Below are positions 26,940 to 34,376 of a stretch of DNA of 58,296 bases, in pieces; positions within the stretch are counted from its first letter, which is position 1, and each line of letters opens with the position of its first letter. A program made the translations under genes and the position numbers. A model generated the notes under the pieces. The model was not told the DNA's origin and ran no database searches. It was given only the letters and a program-made list of their open reading frames with translations. This DNA comes from a virus. Location: IMG/VR virus record IMGVR_UViG_3300029240_000011. The stretch is one strand, 5' to 3'.

Positions 26940-27597
26940 CCCCCTTTTTTACCCCCTTTTTGTTTCGGCTCTCCAGCGGAGGCAACCCGTGTTCCGCCCG
27001 ATACTTCGCAACTGCCTTATAGTAGGTGTTTGGACGCAACCCCAACTTTTCCATCGCCCACTTGTTCGTCCTCCCATCAGACAGAACTTCTTTGTAGGCT
27101 GCATCGAAAGCCACCTCATCTATTTCAATCGGCTTTCTTCCTTTATATGCGCCTCTGTCCTTAGCAAGAGCAATCCCTTGGGCCTGCCGCTCATGCGTGT
27201 TGATTCTTTCCTTCTCAGCCACATACGAAAGAACTTTCAATACAATATCAGCAATCAGCGTTCCTGTGAGATCGTTCGTTTTCCTGGTATCCAAAATGGG
27301 CATATCCAGCACAACAATATATGCTCCGATCTCCTTCGTGATATGTTCCCACTGTTTTCCAGTCTCAGTGTAATTTCTTCCGAGCCGGTCAAGGCTGCAC
27401 ACAAAAACCGTATCACCCTTTCGGATTACAGTCATCATCGCGTTCCATTTGTCCCGGTTGTAGTCCCGCCCGCTCTCTTTATCAATGAAGATGTACCGCT
27501 CCGGCACTCCGGCCTCTTTCAGCATTTTAGTCTGCCGCTCCTCATTTTGGTCTTTCGAGGACACCCGCGCATATCCAACACAAATGCTCTCAGCCAT
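26932..27597 (-). CDS. small serine recombinase (resolvase/invertase family)
   Basis: MAESICVGYARVSSKDQNEERQ...VFVCSLDRLGRN catalytic-domain motifs plus a C-terminal HTH. AAGGAGG SD before ATG 27597. Confidence 0.85.
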   Translation of the reverse strand: MAESICVGYARVSSKDQNEERQTKMLKEAGVPERYIFIDKESGRDYNRDKWNAMMTVIRKGDTVFVCSLDRLGRNYTETGKQWEHITKEIGAYIVVLDMPILDTRKTNDLTGTLIADIVLKVLSYVAEKERINTHERQAQGIALAKDRGAYKGRKPIEIDEVAFDAAYKEVLSDGRTNKWAMEKLGLRPNTYYKAVAKYRAEHGLPPLESRNKKGVKKGDV

Positions 27598-27627
27598 CCC
27601 ATCTCGCCTCCTTTTGTTTGCAAATTC

Positions 27628-27657
27628 ATTATAACAAATAATTTTGTTGTTTGTCAA
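27628..27657 (-). promoter_or_regulatory. consensus promoter TTGACA-18-TATAAT for the recombinase operon
   Basis: Read directly. Confidence 0.65.
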
Positions 27658-27874
27658 CATGTTTTTTGCTTTTTTTAATTTTTCTGTGGTAGGGGGGCTC
27701 AGGTGGTGGGTGGCCGCCCTGTCCTATCCCCCTGGGGTGCCCGGCGGCCCGTTATCCTTGTAATACCTTGATTATCTGGGGTATACCCATACCAAACAGC
27801 CCACATATATATAATAATAATTTGGCACAAATCGCAACTACTCAAAAAATAAATAAAAATATTTGTAAATTCTG

Positions 27875-27903
27875 TTGACTACATCAAGCAAATATGTTAT
27901 CAT
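27875..27903 (+). promoter_or_regulatory. promoter TTGACT-17-TATCAT (plus strand)
   Basis: Read directly. Precedes the 43-aa ORF. Confidence 0.55.
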
Positions 27904-27956
27904 ATAATCACAGCAAGGGAAACCGCGCTGAATCTACCGGGCAGGAGGTACACGAA

Positions 27957-28088
27957 ATGGAGACTGATAGCATGACCCAGACCGAGTTAGCATCTTACCT
28001 TGAAACCCTGGCGAAACTGGTAGAGGCCACAGCCAAAGACCCGCAGGATGCGGCCCGCATTATCCGGGAAGCCATTCCAAAGCAGTAA
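27957..28088 (+). CDS. small hypothetical protein (43 aa)
   Basis: GCAGGAGG SD. METDSMTQTELASYLETLAKLVEATAKDPQDAARIIREAIPKQ. Confidence 0.5.
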   Translation: METDSMTQTELASYLETLAKLVEATAKDPQDAARIIREAIPKQ

Positions 28089-28301
28089 AAAAGATAGCCG
28101 CCCTACCCTTAACAAGTAAGCGGCTATCTAACAAAGAACACGGGGCGGCATGGCCTGCCACATGTCGCCCTCAGTGTAACACAACCGGCAGGGAAAGGCA
28201 AGAGCCGCAAGGAGACCGAAGAATGGAGGTGACCCCCGCTTGATTGTCCTGTTTGTCTTGCTCCTCCCGCTTATGGTGATCTGGGAGACGGCGAAAAAAT
28301 C

Positions 28302-28330
28302 TTGACTGCCCTAAGCGGGCGCGATACAAT
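28302..28330 (+). promoter_or_regulatory. promoter TTGACT-17-TACAAT (plus strand)
   Basis: Read directly. Precedes 28376..28675. Confidence 0.55.
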
Positions 28331-28375
28331 CAACACAACGGAGCCCGGCAAAGCCTGGGGAAAGGACGGCATAAT

Positions 28376-28675
28376 ATGACTACTACGTTATATATCACCC
28401 GCACCGGCGATATGATCCAGACGGGCAAGCCCGCAGAGGTAACACTTGAGGAGTACCCGGAAATTAGCCGGACATGGATCCGGCGCGTTACTGTGGAGCT
28501 GCCCGCAGGGTTTGAGGCGGCAGAGGCCGGAGACGGAAGGAAGCGCATTTTTCGCGGCCCTGATTGCTACGAGCTGACCGCTAACGTGGACGACGTGCCC
28601 TGCATCATCGACCACACCCAGAGAGGTGGTCCGTTTATCCCGCTCCGCGTCCTGTCTGAGGGATGGGACATCTAA
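28376..28675 (+). CDS. hypothetical protein (99 aa)
   Basis: Track ORF on the opposite strand to the phage backbone. Followed by a terminator. Confidence 0.55.
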   Translation: MTTTLYITRTGDMIQTGKPAEVTLEEYPEISRTWIRRVTVELPAGFEAAEAGDGRKRIFRGPDCYELTANVDDVPCIIDHTQRGGPFIPLRVLSEGWDI

Positions 28676-28689
28676 CAATATCTTCACTG

Positions 28690-28724
28690 CCCACCCTGGG
28701 CTTTCCCGGGGCGGGTTTTCTTTT
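28690..28724 (+). terminator. rho-independent terminator
   Basis: CCCaCCCTGGG-cttt-CCCGGGGcGGG followed by TTTTCTTTT. Confidence 0.7.
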
Positions 28725-28996
28725 GTCTATGCCCTTGTATTCCCCTCATGCTCCACGCCGCTTGTATGGCCTCCTATGGCCCACAGGCGGCATTATTGCG
28801 CCCATGTCCGGCAAAGCGGAGCCGACCGCAAAAAGCAACGCCGCAAAGGCCATTTACAGACCTTACACGGCGTTTTATCGCTATGCAGTGTCTCTGTATA
28901 TCCCATAGCACCAAACGGCATATATCGGCTCTCAGAGCGCCCCACAGCGCACAAAGCAACCCCGACCCGCTCCGCATGGAGTAGGACGGGGTATTG

Positions 28997-29224
28997 TCAT
29001 TTGTTGCGGGCCAGGTATAGGACGGCGCAGCGGGGGCCGTCGCACTCCCCGCCGATATACTCCACGCGGGGCGGCTCTCCATCGGCCTGACACTTAATCA
29101 CGCCAACTTTCAGCGCTGCGGCCAGATCCGGCTCCGGGTCATATTTGTTATAGTTGCACAAATCGCCAAAGTGTTTTCCCGAGAATTTGCGATACCCGCT
29201 TGTGCAATTTACTGGTGATAGTCG
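28997..29224 (-). other. start-less 75-codon ORF in frame with TerS, directly after its TGA stop
   Basis: Codon-by-codon reading: TGA then RLSPVNCTSGYRKFSGKHFGDLCNYNKYDPEPDLAAALKVGVIKCQADGEPPRVEYIGGECDGPRCAVLYLARNK then TGA. No ATG/GTG/TTG lies near its 5' end in this frame. Confidence 0.4.
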
Positions 29225-29752
29225 TCACTCCTCCACCACCACAGACCCGGCGATCCGCTCTTCAAGCTGTTTCTGGTCTGGAGAGTCGCCGAGGGGCTGA
29301 TTCGGGGTGAGAACCAGGTCTTGAACATCTTTCATGCCATAGAAGTTCTTAGACCTAAAAATATACGTAGTCTCCGGGATTTTGCGTCCAAGCACCAATT
29401 CTGCGTCGATATTTGATAAAATTTGTTTCGCTTTTTTTATCATGTTCGACCTCGCGGAACTGCATCCATTCCCATTTTCCCATTCCCAAACAGTAGACCG
29501 AACAGCGCCCAATGCAAGGCACATCTTCTCAACGGTAGGGATTTCCCCGGTTCTTCCACACTCTGCAAAGAACTCATTCAGTCTGTCTGCACACTCATCA
29601 TCAGACTTAACAATCTGCTTATTAAACCACTTGTAAGAGTTCCTGACGATTTGAGCGATTTCTTCTTTCTTTGCTGTGGTAGTCGCTTCAATGGAGGCTG
29701 ACTTCGACCCTCTTTTCCTGACGGGCTGTGTCATAGTCACATCCTGCTCCAT
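29225..29752 (-). CDS. terS: terminase small subunit
   Basis: ...FFAECGRTGEIPTVEKMCLALGAVRSTVWEWENG...TYIFRSKNFYGMKD, the TerS HTH + oligomerisation pattern. Start at MEQDV (the track ORF is longer). Confidence 0.7.
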   Translation of the reverse strand: MEQDVTMTQPVRKRGSKSASIEATTTAKKEEIAQIVRNSYKWFNKQIVKSDDECADRLNEFFAECGRTGEIPTVEKMCLALGAVRSTVWEWENGNGCSSARSNMIKKAKQILSNIDAELVLGRKIPETTYIFRSKNFYGMKDVQDLVLTPNQPLGDSPDQKQLEERIAGSVVVEE

Positions 29753-29759
29753 AGTCGCA

Positions 29760-29978
29760 TCATTCTTGCTCAGAGTTGTCACCTCCGTTATCTTTTCTCC
29801 AAATCCATTTTGCTTTTCTGCGAACAGAAACGACCTCACCGTTTTGACAATAAATTACATCATCATCAGACTTATATCTCTTTCCGTATGCCCAATTTTC
29901 AATCTGGACTCCAAATGTATGCGGTACTCCGATATGTGAAAGTTGTTTCCTTATGTCTTTGGGCAAGATAAATCCCAT
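29760..29978 (-). CDS. hypothetical protein (72 aa)
   Basis: Track ORF. Confidence 0.5.
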   Translation of the reverse strand: MGFILPKDIRKQLSHIGVPHTFGVQIENWAYGKRYKSDDDVIYCQNGEVVSVRRKAKWIWRKDNGGDNSEQE

Positions 29979-29981
29979 AAA

Positions 29982-30182
29982 TTATTCCTCCCTCGCAAAC
30001 CCAAACCCCTCTCTCTTTGCCATGTTTTCGCGCTGTTCGTCCGATAGTTCCTTTGGCGCACGGGCTTTAATCCACTTCTTGGGGAAAGTATATTCCCTCA
30101 TTCCTTCGCTAGTTCTAAGTAAAGTAATTTCTTTGTGTTTTTCGGCAAGTACATCTAAGCGGCGGATCAGGGCACGGTCCAT
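29982..30182 (-). CDS. hypothetical protein (66 aa)
   Basis: Track ORF. Confidence 0.5.
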   Translation of the reverse strand: MDRALIRRLDVLAEKHKEITLLRTSEGMREYTFPKKWIKARAPKELSDEQRENMAKREGFGFAREE

Positions 30183-30281
30183 TGTTCAAAGATTTAGGTA
30201 CGCCCCCGGCTCCTGCAACTGCGGGGCGGCATATTTGAGCGGGTGAGGATTTGCACCTCACATGTCAGCATTATGTGGCTT

Positions 30282-30607
30282 TTACCTATGCGCTTTCTCC
30301 TCAGTGCGCTTCGGGGCTGAACATACCTTTATGCGTCTACTATTGCTGGAAATCACACCAGCTTTACCACAATTAGTGTCTATTCCGCCACCGCTCAATG
30401 GTTCCAGACCGGCCAGCATCTTTTCGCCAGCCACATGGCACATCCGGCTTAAATGGCCGTTGATGTGTGCACAGCTCCATGCGCTTAGCTTCTCGCGCTT
30501 CAATATTGATTACAATTATTTCTGTTCTTGCAAAACCAGCATCCATCCTGTCCCCACCAGTACCAGTCCGGCATGGACGGTTTTGGTTTACGCTTTGCCT
30601 TACCCAT
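30282..30607 (-). pseudogene. Cys/Trp-rich small gene split into two overlapping frames (35-aa SD-ATG ORF ending TGA at 30500; 73-aa ORF in the -1 frame from 30503)
   Basis: Own translation: MGKAKRKPKPSMPDWYWWGQDGCWFCKNRNNCNQY*, then (I)LKREKLSAWSCAHINGHLSRMCHV... The second ORF has no SD. Confidence 0.4.
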
Positions 30608-30774
30608 TATGCACTCCAATTTTTTGTGCGCTTCCCGCTTAGATTGCCACACCATCAATCAGTCAGCTACATGCCATTTGGCGGTTCACTGTCCTACGGT
30701 AGTTTTCAGCGAGCATTTTCATTCTCTCTGAGGTGTTGCGCTACGCTCAGATCATCCGGGAGCGACCCGGCCAC

Positions 30775-30850
30775 TGGAGCCACCGGGAGGACTTGAACCT
30801 CCAACTTACCGATTACAAGACGGTTGCTCTACCAGTTGAGCCACGATGGC
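30775..30850 (-). tRNA. tRNA-Thr (anticodon UGU), CCA encoded
   Basis: GCCATCG-TG-GCTC-AACTGGTA-GAGC-A-ACCGT-CTTGTAA-TCGGT-AAGTT-GGAGG-TTCAAGT-CCTCC-CGGTGGC-T-CCA. One U-U mismatch at 31-39. Confidence 0.85.
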
Positions 30851-31033
30851 TTATAATAGCGGCATACTTTCTCAGGCTCTCGAAGTCCCGTTGCGGTATG
30901 CCAGCGCGCCGCGCTCCTGATCGGCTTGCCTGTGTTGCTCTCCACAGCTTCGCAGTTGCTATCGGTCTGTGTTCCGTCCGGCTTCCACGGATGGGAATGA
31001 CCCAGCAGTTCGGTGGAAGTCATGGCACCTCCA

Positions 31034-31109
31034 CGGAACCTGCAAGATTTGAACTTGCGATCTCTACCCCTTTCGGTTAAGCGACGGATTCCGCCCCGTC
31101 CCAGGCTCC
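31034..31109 (-). ncRNA. tRNA-like module inside the structured RNA (76 nt; acceptor, D and T arms good; anticodon arm replaced by a GAAA-capped irregular hairpin)
   Basis: GGAGCCT/AGGTTCC acceptor, GACG/CGTC D stem, GCAAG-TTCAAAT-CTTGC T arm. No CCA. Confidence 0.5.
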
Positions 31110-31277
31110 ACATGTCCCCGTCTTTCCGGGGTGTCATTCTCCACTGGTGGCCAGTTATTCCCCCAGTTGGGCCACTCCGCGCGACGCCATCAGGCGTTTC
31201 GGTGCGTTACTACCTCATCAGGCGCTTTTTTCTGGGGCTAGATGTTGCCTGCACATGGAGAAGTTGGCAACCCACGC

Positions 31278-31339
31278 TGGTGCCGCATGGAGGGTGCGAC
31301 CCTCCGACCCGGATAAGTGGGCTGATGCGCTCACGCGGC
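31278..31339 (-). ncRNA. truncated tRNA-like module (62 nt; acceptor GCCGCGT/ATGCGGC + A + CCA, GGAGG-GTCGCAC-CCTCC arm; no D arm)
   Basis: Hand-folded. Confidence 0.4.
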
Positions 31340-31465
31340 ATATTTCGCCGTTATTGCCGCCACGGACGCGGGCGGGTAAGGAGGGGAAAAAGAAGTATGG
31401 AATACGCCTTTATCCTCGGAAGAATGTGCACGTGTCTGCAGCACATATTCTCTGCTTCCTTCTTT

Positions 31466-31494
31466 ATTATACCACAATATCTTGTGTTTGTAAA
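31466..31494 (-). promoter_or_regulatory. strong sigma-70-type promoter TTTACA-17-TATAAT (TG-extended) driving the structured RNA + tRNA-Thr
   Basis: Read directly. ~36-nt near-identity with 22650..22690. Confidence 0.7.
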
Positions 31495-31530
31495 TCAAAT
31501 TACAGATTTTTGTATCAATATCTTGTGCTT

Positions 31531-31740
31531 TCAGGAGTTGTCAAACGCCCTCCGCACCATATCTTGTATCTGATCGCTTGTATAAAGGTTTTCTTCTGTT
31601 CCTCCCTTTTTGCACCAAAAGTCTGCATCCGTCATGCATCCAGTGACCTTGCACCGCCCCCATGTTCGGCCGTCTTCTCCTATCACAGGCTCGTTCGACC
31701 ACCACTTACACGCGGCGCAGGGTATCGCTTCCACTGTCAT
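31531..31740 (-). CDS. hypothetical Cys-rich protein (69 aa)
   Basis: Track ORF. Confidence 0.5.
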   Translation of the reverse strand: MTVEAIPCAACKWWSNEPVIGEDGRTWGRCKVTGCMTDADFWCKKGGTEENLYTSDQIQDMVRRAFDNS

Positions 31741-32800
31741 CTATTTCCCTCCTGTCCATTTCCATCACTGCCAGAATGGCATAGTTTGCAAGATCCAGCA
31801 GCGTGTCCCGGAGCGATTCGTCCTTCACCTGCTGGCTATCCCCTCGCGTCAGTGCCTTGACACGGTTCAACTTGTCCGAAAGCCGAATACGCACCATTGG
31901 CCAGCCTTCTTCTGCGAAGGTCTGGTGGAAACTGTCTCCATAGTCATGGTTTTTGCGTTCAAACAGTGCGGTCAGCTCGTTGCAAATCTTCTTGTGCAGC
32001 TGCAGAGGGGCCTGCACTGTATATGGCACCCAGCAAGTGCCGCCCTCTTTTCTGTTCTGGCAATCCACGTTTTCGCCCCAGTCGCAAAAGGGGCCTCCGT
32101 GAGCACAGTCGCAGCACATACCCTCCACAGTGTTGGCCGTGTTGGCCTCCTCCTTAACCGGTGTCGCAACAAACGACCATTCAAAGACATCTGTTGGATC
32201 GTTCAATTCCATAAAACATTGTTTCCCGTTGTAATATTCTCCGGGTTTATGATTGCAACTCCCGGTACTATCTCCGCAAATGGAACAGGTTCTTGTTGCT
32301 ACTGAGCATCCAATGCTGACTTCTTTCTTTTTTCCGCTCTTGATTTCCTCGATGACCTTGAAATTTTCCGGGATATTCTTGATGGACGCATTGGCCTTGA
32401 TAAACCACTCGCCGTCTTTCCCTTTAAGGACTACTGTGGAAAGAATTTTTGCAATACTGTCTTGGCCTACAAAACCGTTTTTACCGACAAACATTTCAGA
32501 CAGTTTACGCAAACACGGAAGTGTAAACCTCTCAAAATCTCTATCGATCTTGGTATCACAAAGACGGATTTCAAACTTATAGTATTCCGGCTCATCCTCC
32601 ACCGCCTCATAGCCCATCAGGCGGGCGGCTTCGTAAGGGTTGGCTCTTACGTATTCATGACACGGCTTCTTTGTCCCTGCGTATTGCTGCACGGGTTCCC
32701 GAAGCTCGCAATAGTCGCAATCTTTTTTGCTATCGCAAAACTGCTCTAATGCCTGGTCAATGGTAAGTGCGATTTCACCCGTCTTACTCCGAAACTTCAT
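31706..32800 (-). CDS. fusion-type protein with C-terminal DUF1599-like (MazG-like all-alpha) domain
   Basis: ...LFERKNHDYGDSFHQTF...RLSDKLNRVKAL...ESLRDTLLDLANYAILAVME. AAGGAGG SD before ATG 32800. Confidence 0.55.
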   Translation of the reverse strand: MKFRSKTGEIALTIDQALEQFCDSKKDCDYCELREPVQQYAGTKKPCHEYVRANPYEAARLMGYEAVEDEPEYYKFEIRLCDTKIDRDFERFTLPCLRKLSEMFVGKNGFVGQDSIAKILSTVVLKGKDGEWFIKANASIKNIPENFKVIEEIKSGKKKEVSIGCSVATRTCSICGDSTGSCNHKPGEYYNGKQCFMELNDPTDVFEWSFVATPVKEEANTANTVEGMCCDCAHGGPFCDWGENVDCQNRKEGGTCWVPYTVQAPLQLHKKICNELTALFERKNHDYGDSFHQTFAEEGWPMVRIRLSDKLNRVKALTRGDSQQVKDESLRDTLLDLANYAILAVMEMDRREIDDSGSDTLRRV

Positions 32801-33101
32801 GCTCGTCCTCCTTCTTGCCGCGCCATTCAAACGCCCCACACTGATCTACACGTTCTGCCGCATCACTCCCTGCATCGATGCAGTCGGCTTTGCATCCCTC
32901 ACAAGGGTTGGTGCTGTACCGGATGGCACTTTCCAGAAACTCCACCGCCGCATCCCTTTCCCGCTTCACCTGCTCTAGCTCGGCCTCTTGCTCTTGTAAT
33001 AGCAAGTGCCTCCTATCAAGTTCTTTCGCCTGTTGAAATACTAAGTCCACCTTACTTTTTAGCTCGGTTCGCAGCCGCTCAATCAGCTTCTCAATGTCCA
33101 T
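32784..33101 (-). CDS. hypothetical coiled-coil protein (105 aa)
   Basis: GGAGGAGG SD. ATG 33101 overlaps the upstream stop. Confidence 0.5.
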   Translation of the reverse strand: MDIEKLIERLRTELKSKVDLVFQQAKELDRRHLLLQEQEAELEQVKRERDAAVEFLESAIRYSTNPCEGCKADCIDAGSDAAERVDQCGAFEWRGKKEDEHEVSE

Positions 33102-33379
33102 CAGGTGTCCTCCTCCGCTGGCTGCTGGAGCCAGTTCAGCCGACATTGACGGCACGACACTCCGTCGCATTGGCAATCCTCAAAATCTCTTATGCAAATC
33201 CCGGCTATCATAAGCCATTTTGCAAGCTCCTCGTCGTTCATGGCCCGGATGCGGTCAGAGTTGGATAGGCTCTGATCCGGGCAAGGGCCTTGCACACAAT
33301 ACGATGTTATGCCGTCTGTGCTGTACTTTTCACACAGACCACCAGGCTTATAGTAGACACAGGGGTATTCTAGGCTCAT
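33101..33379 (-). CDS. hypothetical Cys-rich protein (92 aa)
   Basis: GGGAGG SD. ATGA overlap. Confidence 0.5.
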   Translation of the reverse strand: MSLEYPCVYYKPGGLCEKYSTDGITSYCVQGPCPDQSLSNSDRIRAMNDEELAKWLMIAGICIRDFEDCQCDGVSCRQCRLNWLQQPAEEDT

Positions 33380-33795
33380 GCAGTTTCCTCCCTCTCCGGC
33401 GGCCCATCCCAGGCCGTCCAGTATTTGCCGTACAGCTCCATTGCAAACGGCTTGATGTGCTTGCAGTACAGGTATCCATCCCTGCACCCTTCTGCAATCT
33501 CCAGGCCGCCCCATTGGAGCTGGGCTATCCCTGCCCCCTCGATGTAGATTGCGGTCTCCTGGGTGATGGATTCCAGCTCTGCGCGGGTATATTGGTGTCT
33601 CATGGCGACACCTCCGGCGGGGGTGAGGGTGGGCGCAGTGCCTGTTCCGTTTCTTGCTCCGCACCGGCGGCAGAAAATAAAATTTTCGCTGAACGTTTGC
33701 TCCCCGAAGTCCTCTCGGAACTCATGATAATCGTGGCAATTTGGGCAGATATATTGAGTTGTACCCTTTTCGGTTTCTCTACGTATCCATCCCAT
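33376..33795 (-). CDS. hypothetical zinc-ribbon protein (139 aa)
   Basis: CPNC...CRRC motif. Track ORF. Confidence 0.5.
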   Translation of the reverse strand: MGWIRRETEKGTTQYICPNCHDYHEFREDFGEQTFSENFIFCRRCGARNGTGTAPTLTPAGGVAMRHQYTRAELESITQETAIYIEGAGIAQLQWGGLEIAEGCRDGYLYCKHIKPFAMELYGKYWTAWDGPPEREETA

Positions 33796-33997
33796 CCGTT
33801 TTCTCCTTCCCGCAGGGCAACCACCTACTGTCCCACTCCCTTATCGCCCCACGTTTTGTGAACTTCCAGGCCGAACCAGGTATAGTTGATTTATCGCAGC
33901 GGGAGCAAAAAACGGAGAATCGCAGTCTCCACCGTCCAACCCGTCTGACTTTGGCCTCTCCTCCACAATACGGGCAAGGTTTAATCGCCCTTACCAT
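33779..33997 (-). CDS. Lar-family restriction-alleviation-like protein
   Basis: CPYCGGEAKV...CSRC...AIREWDSR pattern. Confidence 0.55.
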   Translation of the reverse strand: MVRAIKPCPYCGGEAKVRRVGRWRLRFSVFCSRCDKSTIPGSAWKFTKRGAIREWDSRWLPCGKEKTDGMDT

Positions 33998-34376
33998 CGT
34001 TCAGCGCCTCCCATCTCTCCATCACCATGTCCACTGCCGCGGTCGTAAATGCCTCGCCGCAGTAACCACAAAAATTCAGGAAATTGTCAGGGCTTTGCCT
34101 CCCACACTTGGGGCAATATAGATCGTCGTACTCGCACCTTTCGTCAATCGTGACCTCGTGCTGTTCGCCCATGTCGTCAATACCCTTGACGCGGCGAAAA
34201 CCACCACGGTGTTTGTGGCGCTTAACCCACTCGCCCCTCCACACCTTCTCCACCTGCTCCCGGCTGACGGGGCGGAGGGCGTCAATTGCCATCTTAGCGG
34301 CTTCAACCTCAGTCGGCTTATATGTCCAGTATTCGATTATGTTTTGCAATGACTTGATTGCTTCTTCCCGCGTCAT
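33981..34376 (-). CDS. hypothetical protein with C-terminal zinc ribbon (131 aa)
   Basis: Track ORF. CPKCG...CGYCG. Confidence 0.5.
   Translation of the reverse strand: MTREEAIKSLQNIIEYWTYKPTEVEAAKMAIDALRPVSREQVEKVWRGEWVKRHKHRGGFRRVKGIDDMGEQHEVTIDERCEYDDLYCPKCGRQSPDNFLNFCGYCGEAFTTAAVDMVMERWEALNDGKGD

Larger units (their letters stand above)
30851..31459 (-). ncRNA. ~600-nt promoter-driven, ORF-free, highly structured RNA (candidate large ornate ncRNA and/or degenerate tRNA array)
   Basis: Consensus promoter upstream and a canonical tRNA at the 3' end. Many perfect helices can be paired by eye. The only ORFs are compositionally implausible alternate-frame ones. Confidence 0.6.

Noticed and set aside
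28240-28305. A 21-aa hydrophobic peptide ORF (TTG start after GGAGGTGA), considered as a toxin.
   Set aside because: It is too short, TTG-initiated, and overlaps the -35 box of the next promoter. It is mentioned under the island finding but not annotated as a gene.
28626-29090. ORFs 28626..29090 (+), 28663..28908 (+), 28748..28984 (+) and 28774..29082 (-) in the G+C-rich stretch.
   Set aside because: They overlap one another and are R/P/A/C-rich with no SD. They are more likely chance open frames in G+C-rich DNA. Only the frame contiguous with TerS was kept, as a hypothesis.
30237-30390. A possible intron-containing tRNA (T-arm-like GTGAGG-TGCAAAT-CCTCAC with acceptor-like CCCGCTC, pairing with GAGCGGT about 150 nt upstream).
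   Set aside because: There is no D arm or anticodon arm, the T loop is non-consensus, and the interval overlaps a plausible Cys-rich coding frame. Most likely coincidental.
31278-31339. tmRNA (or a two-piece tmRNA) as the identity of the CCA-ending tRNA-like minihelix within the long RNA.
   Set aside because: I could find no tag-peptide reading frame followed by a stop in a pseudoknot context, and no G-U at the third acceptor pair followed by the usual tmRNA 5' sequence. This remains checkable with the tmRNA covariance model.
30467-31860. ORFs across the structured RNA locus (30467..30796, 30733..31080, 30829..31137, 31013..31573, 31147..31860).
   Set aside because: They overlap tRNA-Thr, the tRNA-like modules and a strong promoter. 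They lack SD sites and have implausible composition, so the region is interpreted as RNA.
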